Below, in pieces: positions 35,218-44,856 of a stretch of DNA of 64,000 nucleotides. Under the pieces are notes generated by a model, which was given only the letters and a program-made list of their open reading frames with translations, did no database searches and was not told where the DNA came from. Position 1 is the stretch's first letter; each line of letters opens with the position of its first letter. Both the position numbers and the translations under genes were made by a program. Source of the DNA: an uncultured delta proteobacterium (GTDB taxonomy: Bacteria > Desulfobacterota > Binatia > Binatales > Binataceae); contig CAVQEQ010000004.1 in assembly GCA_963711565.1 (NCBI GenBank), forward strand, positions 288,001 to 352,000, written 5' to 3'.

Positions 35218-37439
35218 GCGAGCGTCCCGTTTCGCTTGCGGGAGAGCCGAAAGCCGATGTCGAGCAGGCCCGCGCGTTCGGTCTTACGCCCGACGAGTTT
35301 CGCAAGATCGAAGAGATCATCGGCCGCACGCCGACCTACACCGAGCTCGGCGTTTTCTCCGTGATGTGGTCGGAGCATTGCTCGTACAAATCGTCGCGGC
35401 GTCATCTGCGGATGCTGCCGTCGAAGAGCGAACTGGTCGTGCAGGGGCCGGGCGAGAACGCCGGCGCAATCAACGTCGGCGACGGCTGGGCCGCCGTCTT
35501 CAAAATCGAAAGCCACAACCATCCGTCGTTCGTCGAGCCCTACCAGGGCGCGGCGACCGGCGTCGGCGGAATCCTGCGCGACATTTTCACGATGGGCGCG
35601 CGGCCGGTCGCGAGCATGAACTCGCTCAAGTTCGGCAGCTTCGACCATCCGCGCACGCGCTACCTGCTCGGCGGCGTGGTCGGCGGCATCGGCGGTTACG
35701 GCAACTGTGTGGGCGTGCCGACCGTCGCCGGCGAGGTGATGTTCGACGCCGCCTACAACGCAAACATCCTCGTCAACGCGTTTTGCCTCGGGCTGGTGCG
35801 CAAGGGCGAGATGATGAGCGCGAAGGCGCGCGGCGTCGGCAACCCCGTTCTTTACGTTGGCTCTGCGACGGGACGAGACGGGATTCACGGCGCGTCGATG
35901 GCGTCGGCGGAGTTCGACAAGGAGAGCGAAGCCAAGCGTCCGGCGGTGCAGGTCGGCGATCCGTTCACCGAGAAACTATTGATCGAGGCGTGCCTCGAAG
36001 CCGGCAAGACCGGCGCGATTGTCGCTATCCAGGACATGGGCGCGGCTGGCCTCACGTCGTCGTCGAGCGAGATGCCGTCGCATGGCGGGCTGGGGATCGA
36101 ACTCGATCTCGACAAGGTGCCGCTGCGCGAGGCGAATCTGACGCCCTACGAAATCCTGCTCTCCGAATCGCAGGAGCGGATGCTGATCGTCGCCGAGCGC
36201 GGGCGCGAGGCGGAGCTGCAGGCGGTCTTCGAGAAGTGGGACCTGCACGCGGTGGTTATCGGGCGCATTACCGACGACCAGCGATGGCGCGCCCGATGGC
36301 ACGGGCAGGTCGTCGCGGACATTCCAATCGGCGCGCTCGCCGATGACGCGCCGGTATATGATCGTCCAGCGGCGCCGCCGAAGATTCAGCCATCCGCCAA
36401 AACATCGACCGCTAAACATCCTGAGACCTCGAAAGCCCTGCGCGCGCTGCTCGACAGTCCCAACGTCGCGTCGAAGAAGTGGGTGTATCGGCAATACGAT
36501 TCGATCGTGCAGAGCAATACGGTGCTGGGCCCTGGCAGTGACGCGGCCGTGCTGCGAATCAAGAATTCGCGGCGCGCGATGGCGCTCAAAGTCGATTCGA
36601 ATCCGCGCGCGTGCGCGCTCGACCCTTATCTCGGCGCGATCGGCGTCGTCTGCGAAGCAGCGCGCAACGTCGCGTGCGCCGGGGCGCGTCCGGTGGGAAT
36701 CACCAATTGCCTCAACTACGGCAATCCCGAACGGCCCGAGGTGATGTGGCAGTTTATCCGCGGCGTCGAGGGCTTGCGCGACGCGTCGCTCGCGTTCGGC
36801 GCGCCGGTGGTCAGCGGCAACGTGAGCTTTTACAACGAAACCGAAGGCCACGCGATTCCGCCGACGCCAACGATTGCCGTGCTGGGCGTGATGATCGACG
36901 TGGCTAAACACGTCACGCAGTTTTTCAAGAACCCCGGCGACGTAATCGCATTGGTTCGCACCGCAATGCCTTCCTTGGCCGCGAGCGAGTATTCGGCCCT
37001 CTTCGGAATCGACGGCGGGAGCCTCAATCCGATTGACCTGGCGCTGGAATCCGCCCTTATCGAGGGGTTGGTTGAAGGCAGTGAACAGGGGCTGATAAGA
37101 TCGGCTCACGATATCGCCGAGGGCGGGCTTGCGGTGGCATTGGCCGAAGCCTGTTTCAATCCGCGGGCGATTCTGGGAGCCGAAGTTTTGCTTGGGCGAG
37201 CTGGAAACGCTGACGCGGTTTTTTTCGGTGAAGGTGCTTCAACCGTGATTTTGTCCGTCGCTCCAGGCGACGTGGCCCGCGTCGAGAAATTATTTGCGGG
37301 CCACGGGTTGGAGTTTGCGGTTGTCGGAAAAGTGATCGCCGATCCGCGGCTCAAGCTCGGGTCGCTCGACGAAAGCGTTTCCGAATTGCAGCGAATTTAC
37401 GAAGACGCGATTCCAGGGAGGCTCAGAAGCGATGACTGA
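35214..37439 (+). CDS. purL: FGAM synthase subunit PurL
   Basis: [23 protein letters not shown]. Confidence 0.97.
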   Translation: MSERPVSLAGEPKADVEQARAFGLTPDEFRKIEEIIGRTPTYTELGVFSVMWSEHCSYKSSRRHLRMLPSKSELVVQGPGENAGAINVGDGWAAVFKIESHNHPSFVEPYQGAATGVGGILRDIFTMGARPVASMNSLKFGSFDHPRTRYLLGGVVGGIGGYGNCVGVPTVAGEVMFDAAYNANILVNAFCLGLVRKGEMMSAKARGVGNPVLYVGSATGRDGIHGASMASAEFDKESEAKRPAVQVGDPFTEKLLIEACLEAGKTGAIVAIQDMGAAGLTSSSSEMPSHGGLGIELDLDKVPLREANLTPYEILLSESQERMLIVAERGREAELQAVFEKWDLHAVVIGRITDDQRWRARWHGQVVADIPIGALADDAPVYDRPAAPPKIQPSAKTSTAKHPETSKALRALLDSPNVASKKWVYRQYDSIVQSNTVLGPGSDAAVLRIKNSRRAMALKVDSNPRACALDPYLGAIGVVCEAARNVACAGARPVGITNCLNYGNPERPEVMWQFIRGVEGLRDASLAFGAPVVSGNVSFYNETEGHAIPPTPTIAVLGVMIDVAKHVTQFFKNPGDVIALVRTAMPSLAASEYSALFGIDGGSLNPIDLALESALIEGLVEGSEQGLIRSAHDIAEGGLAVALAEACFNPRAILGAEVLLGRAGNADAVFFGEGASTVILSVAPGDVARVEKLFAGHGLEFAVVGKVIADPRLKLGSLDESVSELQRIYEDAIPGRLRSDD

Positions 37440-38911
37440 AGAAGATTCGGTCCTTGCGGTCGAAGCAGTCGAAGAATCGCCACTCAACGTCTTCCACGAG
37501 GAGTGCGGCGTGTTCGGCGTTTACCGCCATCCCGAAGCCGCCAACCTCGCCTACCTCGGTCTCTACGCGCAGCAGCATCGCGGGCAGGAGTCGGCGGGTA
37601 TCGTCTCGTCCAACGGCAAGTCGCTCATCTCGCATCGCGGGATGGGCCTGGTCGCCGATGTTTTCAACAACACAATCATCGAGGCGCTCGAAGGCACCAG
37701 CGCAATTGGGCACAACCGCTACTCAACCACCGGCTCGACGACGATCGGCAACTGCCAGCCGCTGGTGGTCGAGTACGCGCGCGGCGGGCTGGCGCTCGCG
37801 CATAACGGCAACCTGGTAAATTTCACCGAACTGCGCGAACGGCTCGAGTTCGACGGGCTCGATTTTCCAGTCGTCGTCGGACAGCGAGGTGATGATTCAT
37901 CTGATCGCGGCGTCGCACGCGCCCACCCTGCCGGAGCGTGTCGCCGAAGCATTGGCGCAAGTGCGCGGCGCGTATTCGCTGGTGGTGCTGACCGAAGATT
38001 CGTTGATCGCGGTGCGCGATCCGCACGGCTTCCGGCCGCTGGTGCTAGGCAACCTCAACGGTGCGACCATCGTGGCGTCCGAGACCTGCGCGCTGGATTT
38101 GGTGCGCGCCGAATATGTTCGCGAGATCAATCCCGGCGAGATGATCGTCGTCGATGAAGGCGGGCTGCGCTCGATGAGTCCGTTCGCGCATGCGCCGACC
38201 AAGCGATGCATCTTCGAGTACGTCTATTTCTCGCGGCCCGACAGCCAGGTTTACAGCCGCAACGTGTATCAAGTTCGCAAGCAGCATGGCCGCGCGCTCG
38301 CGCGCGAGGCGCCGGCCGAGGCGGACATCGTCGTGCCCGTGCCAGATTCGGGCACGCCCGCCGCGCTCGGCTACGCCGAAGAATCGGGAATCCCGTTCGA
38401 GATGGGTCTCGTGCGCAGCCATTACGTCGGCCGCACGTTTATCGAGCCGCGCTCGTCGATTCGCCATTTTGGCGTGAAGATCAAATTCAACCCGGTGGCG
38501 GAATTGCTGCGCGGCAAGCGAATCGTGCTGATCGAAGACTCACTGGTGCGCGGCACCACGCTCAGCAAAGTGATCCCGATGCTGCGGCAGGCGGGCGCGC
38601 GCGAGGTTCACATGCGCATCGCGGCGCCTCCCACCACCAACTCATGTTTCTACGGAATCGACACGCCCACGCGCGAGGAACTGCTGGCGTCGTCGCATTC
38701 GATCGAAGAGATCCGCCGCTATATCACTGCCGACTCGCTCGCCTACCTGAGTTGGGATGGGCTGTACTCGTTCAACGGCGAGAGCCGCGAGGGATTTTGC
38801 GACGCGTGCTTCACCGGCAATTACCCGGTCGAGATTCCGCGCGACACCACGCCCGCGCAGTTGCATCTTTTTCTCGCCAATGAGGACGGGTTGAAAGCGG
38901 ATCGGCGCTAG
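37432..38911 (+). pseudogene. purF: amidophosphoribosyltransferase split by a +1 indel at ~37855 (probable sequencing error, or pseudogene)
   Basis: EECGVFG and QHRGQE in one frame; [23 protein letters not shown] in the next; deleting one G of GGG 37855-37857 restores [13 protein letters not shown]. Confidence 0.9.
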
Positions 38912-38947
38912 CCCATCCTGCGATTGCCTTCCCTTTAAACGTCAACG

Positions 38948-39787
38948 CTACGATTCGCAGGTGGCGATGTCCTCGATGAATTCTTTCATCGGCCGCTTCG
39001 ACACCAGGATGCAGATAAAGCCGCCCCGCGGCGGGTAGCTCAGGCAGATGCTGTATCCCTTGTACTCGTAGTAATGATGGATCCCAACTTCCTGCATCTC
39101 GCCGTCAGGCGGCTGCAGCCCGTGCGACTTCATGTAAGTGCACAGGATCGTCCCCATGTCGCCGCGATAGAAGGTGTAAGCGACCGAGGTCCCATCCGCC
39201 AGCCGATCGATCCGTCCGCCCATCAGCTTGTAGCCGACCGGCCGAAAGTTCCACAGGAATCCCGGCAGGTTGTGATCGATGTAGGCGTCCGAAAGGTCGG
39301 CGGGCAGCGTCGATTTGACGTTGGGCTCAAAGCGCTGGGCGAAGGTGTCGTAGTGCTGGATTGCTACGTCGAACGGAGGGATTGCCTGCGCCGGGGGCGG
39401 GCCGCCGACACCATGCAGTATCACGAACACGAAGACCGCGGCCGCGGCGATTGCCACCGGCGCCCACATTCGCGCGCGGCGAATCGAATACCACGGCGCG
39501 CGATCCGCGCCGGCCGAGCGATCGCTTCCGCGTGTCCCTGACTTTGAGGCGCCAGCCGCATCGACAGCGTCGAGCGCGGCGAGGATCGATCCCCGCACTA
39601 TCGCCGGCGTCTTGCGCATCGCGGCGCGCTCGCGCAGCAGCGCCTTGACCGCGCGCTCCTCGGCAAAGCGTGCGCGACAATTGACGCATCCCGCCAGATG
39701 CTCCTCGGCCTCGCGCAACTCTGCCGCGCTCAACTCGCCGTCAACATGAGCTGACAGGTACTTCTCGATGTAGGTGGCGCAATCCAC
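38948..39787 (-). CDS. zf-HC2 membrane anti-sigma factor
   Basis: LSAHVDGEL, HLAGCVNC (Hx3Cx2C), single TM, periplasmic domain. Confidence 0.9.
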   Translation of the reverse strand: MDCATYIEKYLSAHVDGELSAAELREAEEHLAGCVNCRARFAEERAVKALLRERAAMRKTPAIVRGSILAALDAVDAAGASKSGTRGSDRSAGADRAPWYSIRRARMWAPVAIAAAAVFVFVILHGVGGPPPAQAIPPFDVAIQHYDTFAQRFEPNVKSTLPADLSDAYIDHNLPGFLWNFRPVGYKLMGGRIDRLADGTSVAYTFYRGDMGTILCTYMKSHGLQPPDGEMQEVGIHHYYEYKGYSICLSYPPRGGFICILVSKRPMKEFIEDIATCES

Positions 39788-39839
39788 TTTCTTTATCGTG
39801 CTCTTCTCGCTTCACTCCAACCGTCAGGCTTAGCCGGTG

Positions 39840-40418
39840 TCAAGACCGTATTATTCCATGCTCTTTGGCGAAGCTCGTTAGCGCCTCGCGCAGCATCGCG
39901 CGTCCCCGCGACACCCGCGATTTTACGGTACCGATTGGTATGTCGAGAACCCCCGAAACCTCCTGGTAGCTTAGTTCTTGTACATCGACGAGCAGAATCG
40001 CTTCGCGGAATTCCCCCGGCAGGCTCGCCAGCGCCGTCTCGACCTCACCCTCCATCCCTTGTCCCGAGAGCAAAGCCTCGGGATTCGATCCCGCCGGATC
40101 GACGCGCAGGCTTTCGCCCTCGACCTTGCGCTCGAACTCCTCGGCCGACGAGGCCGGCTGCTCGCGCGAGGACTTGCGATAGCCGTTGCGAAAGTTGTTG
40201 AACAGGATGGTGAGCATCCATGCGCGGCAATTCGTTCCGCTCTCGAACTGATGAAAGAAACGGTACGCACGCAGCACCGTCTCCTGCAGCAAATCGTTGG
40301 CGTCGTCGGGATTGCGCGCCAGCCGGATCGCCATCGTGTACAACGAGTCGAGATGAGGCAACGCCTCGTCTTCGAATCGCTTGCGCCGATCCGCGCCGGT
40401 GCCGCTTTTGTCCGCCAT
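39840..40418 (-). CDS. ECF sigma factor
   Basis: DLLQET, AWMLTI, SYQEVSGVLDIPIGTVKSRVSRGR. Confidence 0.95.
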   Translation of the reverse strand: MADKSGTGADRRKRFEDEALPHLDSLYTMAIRLARNPDDANDLLQETVLRAYRFFHQFESGTNCRAWMLTILFNNFRNGYRKSSREQPASSAEEFERKVEGESLRVDPAGSNPEALLSGQGMEGEVETALASLPGEFREAILLVDVQELSYQEVSGVLDIPIGTVKSRVSRGRAMLREALTSFAKEHGIIRS

Positions 40419-40572
40419 ATGCCGATTTCAGAACCATAGCATCCCGCGTTAGTGAAATCTTGCATAGCAAGGAAATGTTCCCACTAGCTCTTGTTGGATT
40501 AGTACGTTTAGACTGTTAGAAGCAGCCGTAGTAGTTTCGGCGTGCGAAACAAACAGCCAGGGAGTTACGAAT

Positions 40573-40857
40573 ATGATCAAGACCAAACTCACGGGCGCGA
40601 TGCTGGCGACGGCCGTCGCACTGGTCTTCGCGGGCAATGCTGTTTATGCGGCTGATAGCAGCAACTCGACCGCGGCGCCGTCGCAGGTCAAATGCGTCGG
40701 CGGCAACGCGTGCAAGGGCCAGAGCTTGTGCCAGAGCGCACAGAGTAGCTGCAAGGGCGCAAACGCTTGCAAGGGCAAGGGCTACGTGATGACGCCGACG
40801 GCAAAGGAATGCGTCGCGGCAGGCGGCAAACCGGAGACCGTTACGAACAGCGACTAG
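40573..40857 (+). CDS. secreted 6-Cys RiPP precursor, BufA2 (bufferin)-like
   Basis: Sec signal; KCVGGNACKGQSLC...CKGANACKGKG...ECVAAGG; directly upstream of DUF692. Confidence 0.85.
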   Translation: MIKTKLTGAMLATAVALVFAGNAVYAADSSNSTAAPSQVKCVGGNACKGQSLCQSAQSSCKGANACKGKGYVMTPTAKECVAAGGKPETVTNSD

Positions 40858-40870
40858 GCGCGGTCGCAAG

Positions 40871-41743
40871 ATGAAACGCTCCGATTTTCCAATGCTCGGT
40901 TACGGCGTCGGGCTAAGACGTCAGCACTACAGCCACGTCCTCGAGACTCGTCCCAGGGTCGATTGGTTCGAGGTCGTCTCAGAAAATTTCATGGTCGAGG
41001 GCGGGCGCGCGCTCGAAGTGCTCGAAGGGGTGCGTGCCAACTATCCTATCGCTGTGCATGGCGTGTCGATGTCGATTGGGTCCACCGACCCGCTGAATCG
41101 CGACTACCTGCGGCAACTGCGCGACCTCGCGCACCGCTTCGAGCCGGCCTGGATTTCGGATCACCTGTGCTGGACGGGAGTGGGCGGCCGCAATCTTCAC
41201 GACCTGCTCCCGCTGCCATACACCGAGGAGGCTATCCGCCACGTCACCGCGCGAATCCGCAATGTGCAGGAGATACTGGAACGGCCGATCCTCATCGAGA
41301 ATGTCTCCAGCTACATGGCGTTCGCCGATTCGACGATGACCGAATGGGAATTCATTTCGGCGATCGCGGACGAAGCCGACTGCGGAATCCTGCTCGACAT
41401 CAACAATATCTTCGTCAGCGCCTTCAATCATCGCTTCGACGCCAATGACTACATCGACGCGGTGCCGGCCGAGCGCGTCGTGCAGTACCATCTCGCCGGG
41501 CATAGCGATCACGGCACTTACCTCCTCGATACCCACGACCATCCCGTACGTGACGAAGTGTGGGCGCTCTATGAGCGCGCGGCGCGACGCTTCGGCGCGG
41601 TCTCGGCGCTCGTCGAATGGGACGACAACATCCCGGAGTTCGCGGAGCTCGCCGATACCGCGGATCGCGCGCGCGATATTTTCAATGCCGACGCATCTCA
41701 ACAAACTCGAAAGCCTGCTCTATCGGCTGATCACCGCGCCTAA
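40871..41743 (+). CDS. DUF692 multinuclear non-heme iron oxidase (MNIO, BufB-like)
   Basis: GVGLR, ENFM, HGVSMSIG, SDHL, IENV, LLDINN, HLAGH, DTH, EWD. Confidence 0.95.
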   Translation: MKRSDFPMLGYGVGLRRQHYSHVLETRPRVDWFEVVSENFMVEGGRALEVLEGVRANYPIAVHGVSMSIGSTDPLNRDYLRQLRDLAHRFEPAWISDHLCWTGVGGRNLHDLLPLPYTEEAIRHVTARIRNVQEILERPILIENVSSYMAFADSTMTEWEFISAIADEADCGILLDINNIFVSAFNHRFDANDYIDAVPAERVVQYHLAGHSDHGTYLLDTHDHPVRDEVWALYERAARRFGAVSALVEWDDNIPEFAELADTADRARDIFNADASQQTRKPALSADHRA

Positions 41744-42515
41744 CGGCGTCGCCGAAGGACTCGCCGCCGAGCGCACGCTCGGCGCCGCCGGTCTCGACGC
41801 GATCGTGCTCGGCGACGATCGGCTGTCGGCGGAAGCTCGCGTCAACATTTACGCGAACATGTATTTCTACCGCATCCTCGACGCGCTCAAGGAGGATTTC
41901 CCCGCGACGCTCGCGGTCCTCGGCAATGACAATTTTCACAACCTCGTCACCGGCTACATTCTCGAATACCCACCGACCGAACCGTCGATTTCCTTTTGCG
42001 GAAGTCATCTCGCCGACTATCTGCGCGATCACCCGCTGCCCGACGGCGCGCCGTTCATCGCGGATCTCGCGCGGCTCGAACGCGCGACCGTCGAGATATT
42101 TCAAGCTGCCGACGCACCCGCGCTTGAGTCTGACGCGGTACGTGCAATTGCACCTGCAGACTGGCCTGCCATGAAGCTGACGATTCATCCGTCGGCGCAG
42201 ATACTCGCGCTCGATTGGCGAGTCTCGGATGTGTTGCGCGCAGTCGAGGAGCAGCGCAAATGGAAGGCGGTGGAGCAGGGCGCCGTGAGAGTCCTCGTAT
42301 GGCGACGCGACGCGCGCGTTTTCTACCGCGATCTCGAACCGGCGGAAGCCGACGCACTCGAAGCAGCCTCGCACAACGCGACCTTCGCAGAAATCTGCGA
42401 AGTCATCGCAGCCGCCGACATCGACGATCCCGTCGCAGCGATGAATCAAATGCTCGCGCGCTGGCTCTCCGACCGCCTGCTTACCATCCAGCCCTCGCCC
42501 CTGAAAGCAAAGTAG
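41685..42515 (+). CDS. DUF2063 MNIO partner protein (BufC/HvfC-like)
   Basis: IYANMY..RI.DAL.EDFP, DLARLE; overlaps DUF692 end. Confidence 0.88.
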   Translation: MPTHLNKLESLLYRLITAPNGVAEGLAAERTLGAAGLDAIVLGDDRLSAEARVNIYANMYFYRILDALKEDFPATLAVLGNDNFHNLVTGYILEYPPTEPSISFCGSHLADYLRDHPLPDGAPFIADLARLERATVEIFQAADAPALESDAVRAIAPADWPAMKLTIHPSAQILALDWRVSDVLRAVEEQRKWKAVEQGAVRVLVWRRDARVFYRDLEPAEADALEAASHNATFAEICEVIAAADIDDPVAAMNQMLARWLSDRLLTIQPSPLKAK

Positions 42516-42545
42516 CGCGCCGCGCGCAACTTTGCGCTTCGCACT

Positions 42546-42568
42546 GGGTGCAGGGGTCACCCCCTGCC
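42546..42568 (+). repeat. family A palindrome
   Basis: GGGTGCAGGGGTCACCCCCTGCC. Confidence 0.8.
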
Positions 42569-42676
42569 GCCCGCCGCGCAGGCGATTATTCTCTGCTCCG
42601 GATTCCTCCGCTTTGAGATGATCTTTGCCGGCCCCGCGGCTATAAGAATTGTTGAGCGCACTACGCGCCTCAATTC

Positions 42677-43792
42677 ATGGCGGCAAATCCCAAGGTCACC
42701 GGTGATGCTATCAGCATCGAACGGCCTACCAGCCGAGAACAGTTGGATGAATTCGCGCGCCTGCCATTCCAGGTTTATGGCGGACGCGACGCATGGTGGC
42801 CGCCCGACGTGCAGAACGAGATCGATCTGCTGTCGCGCCGCAGCCTGCTCTCGACCCATCTCGAAGTGACTCCCTTCTGCGCGCGCCGTGTGGGGCGCCT
42901 CGTCGCCCGCGTCAGCGCGGTGATCAATCGCCGCTATATCGAACATTGGAACGAGCAGCTCGGCCAGCTGATTCAATTCGAGGCGCTCGAAGGCGAGGAC
43001 GTTGCTATCGCCGCGATGCTCGACGAAGCGCTGCAGCTGCTGCGCGAACGCGGGATGCGCGCCGTGCGCAGCGGCTTCGCGGCGTTTCTCGATTATCCGT
43101 ATGCGATCGACAACTACGACTCGTTGCCGTCGTTCCTGCTCCGTGGAAATCCCGCGTCGTACCATCGCTACTTCAAGGAGGCGGGCTTCGTCACCGAAAA
43201 AGGGCAGGTCGATTACACCGCGCCGTTCACGCCGGAAATCCTCGTGCGCTATCGCCGGATGACCGACGCTGCCGCCGCGGCCGGCGTCGCGATTCAAAGC
43301 TGGCGCGAGTACGGATTTCTGGCCGCGATCGACGCGTGGACCGACGTGACCAACGCGGCGTTCGATCGCCATTGGGGATGGAATCCCGTGACGCGCGCTG
43401 AGGTGCGCCCGATGCTCACGTCGCTGTGGGAAACTCCCGTCGCCGACCTCTCGATGCTCGCGACCATCGACGGCGAGTGCGTCGGCGCCGTCTTCTCCGT
43501 GCCGGATCTCAGCCCCGCGCTGGCCCGCGTGCGTCGAGGTGTTCGCCTCGATCCCGAACGCGGCGGCGGCACCCGCGGCGCGCTCATCAATATCGGAGTC
43601 GTCGATCGTGCGCGCGGACGCGGTGTGGCGCTCGCGATGGCGGCGCGATCGTTCCTCGCGATGGCGCGGCGCAAGATGCGCTTCGCCGGCTACACGCTCG
43701 TTCTCGACGACAACTGGCCCTCGCGCCGCACGGCGCTTAGCCTGGGCGCGCAGGTCACCGGCAACTTCGTCACCTACCGCCGCGATCTGTAG
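42677..43792 (+). CDS. tandem-GNAT acyltransferase, YghO/bacterial ceramide synthase-like (divergent)
   Basis: F..LP..VY....W.PP; GRLVARVSAVIN; N...Y..YF...GF; GV...ARGRGVA. Confidence 0.6.
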   Translation: MAANPKVTGDAISIERPTSREQLDEFARLPFQVYGGRDAWWPPDVQNEIDLLSRRSLLSTHLEVTPFCARRVGRLVARVSAVINRRYIEHWNEQLGQLIQFEALEGEDVAIAAMLDEALQLLRERGMRAVRSGFAAFLDYPYAIDNYDSLPSFLLRGNPASYHRYFKEAGFVTEKGQVDYTAPFTPEILVRYRRMTDAAAAAGVAIQSWREYGFLAAIDAWTDVTNAAFDRHWGWNPVTRAEVRPMLTSLWETPVADLSMLATIDGECVGAVFSVPDLSPALARVRRGVRLDPERGGGTRGALINIGVVDRARGRGVALAMAARSFLAMARRKMRFAGYTLVLDDNWPSRRTALSLGAQVTGNFVTYRRDL

Positions 43793-43805
43793 TATTCAAT
43801 CCTCG

Positions 43806-44288
43806 ATGCTTAGCCTCCGCCTCGTCGTGCTCTTCGTGCACATCGTCGCCGTGATCGTTGCGCTCGGCGGCTCGCTGTTCAGCACCTTCGCGCTCGCTCC
43901 CGTGCTGGCTGCGGAACTCGACGCGTCGGCGCGGTTGCGCGTCGGTCGCCGAATCGTTCGCCGCGTCGGCGCGATCGTGCTTACATCGCTGGCCGTGTTA
44001 GTGGTGACTGGAATCCTCAACGTCCTCTTCATCGGCGGCGTTTCGATTCTGCTCGCGATCAAATTGCTCCTCGTGGTCGTCGTCATCGGCCTGGCGCTCT
44101 ATCAGTATGGAAGTATCGGCGCGCAAATCTGGCGGCTGTCGGCCGCCGGTCCGAGTCCGGAAGTCGCAAATCTCCAGGCGCGCTTTCGCCGCATCGGGCT
44201 GACCGTCGGCTCGCTCGTGTTGCTGATAGTCTATCTCTCGCTCGGACTCACGCGCGGCACCGGCGCGATTGTCGCGTCGATTCGCTGA
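43806..44288 (+). CDS. 4-TM membrane protein, CopD/DUF4149-like
   Basis: FVHIVAV...GGSLF, VVTGILN, IKLLLV. Confidence 0.6.
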   Translation: MLSLRLVVLFVHIVAVIVALGGSLFSTFALAPVLAAELDASARLRVGRRIVRRVGAIVLTSLAVLVVTGILNVLFIGGVSILLAIKLLLVVVVIGLALYQYGSIGAQIWRLSAAGPSPEVANLQARFRRIGLTVGSLVLLIVYLSLGLTRGTGAIVASIR

Positions 44289-44299
44289 AAGGTTCTCCG

Positions 44300-44854
44300 A
44301 TGCCACGAAAGAACAAACCGCGCCGAACCCCCGCCTGGATGGGACGTCTCACCGCGCTCGCAATTCTGCTCGCCGTCATCTTCACGCTCAGCTACGGCAC
44401 CGGCGCGCATATCGTTGTGCGATATCTGGATCCGCCCTTCGGCGCATGGTGGAACTCCAACGAGTTCGCAATCGCCGAGTGCGCGGCCGCCGCCGTCGGC
44501 ATGCTGATCGGAATTCGCATCGCGGCGCGATTGGTGTTGGCCGGCGCACTGAGGAATCGTTCGATGATCGCCGCTGTAATCGTTGGCGCACTCGTACTCC
44601 CGATAGTAGGTCGGCTCAGCGCAGAGGTCGCGCGCTTCAGCTTCACCAGCGGCGGATCGACCGACGCGTGGCTGATCGACCACTTTGGCTACGACACCGG
44701 AATCGTTCTTGACAAGCTTCTGACGGCGGGCGTTTACTCGATCAAGATCGCACTGTTTGCGCTTCCAGTCGGGATGATTCTCTTCGGCCTCGCGATTGCT
44801 ATCTTCATGACGGCAGAACCCGCTGGCGACACGGCTGCCGCAACTTCCAGATAA
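44300..44854 (+). CDS. hypothetical membrane protein
   Basis: ~4 hydrophobic helices; tight spacing to neighbours. Confidence 0.6.
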   Translation: MPRKNKPRRTPAWMGRLTALAILLAVIFTLSYGTGAHIVVRYLDPPFGAWWNSNEFAIAECAAAAVGMLIGIRIAARLVLAGALRNRSMIAAVIVGALVLPIVGRLSAEVARFSFTSGGSTDAWLIDHFGYDTGIVLDKLLTAGVYSIKIALFALPVGMILFGLAIAIFMTAEPAGDTAAATSR

Positions 44855-44856
44855 AA

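Noticed and set aside
37840-37875. Programmed frameshift in purF
   Set aside because: No recognisable slippery heptamer or stimulatory structure; a single G indel explains it
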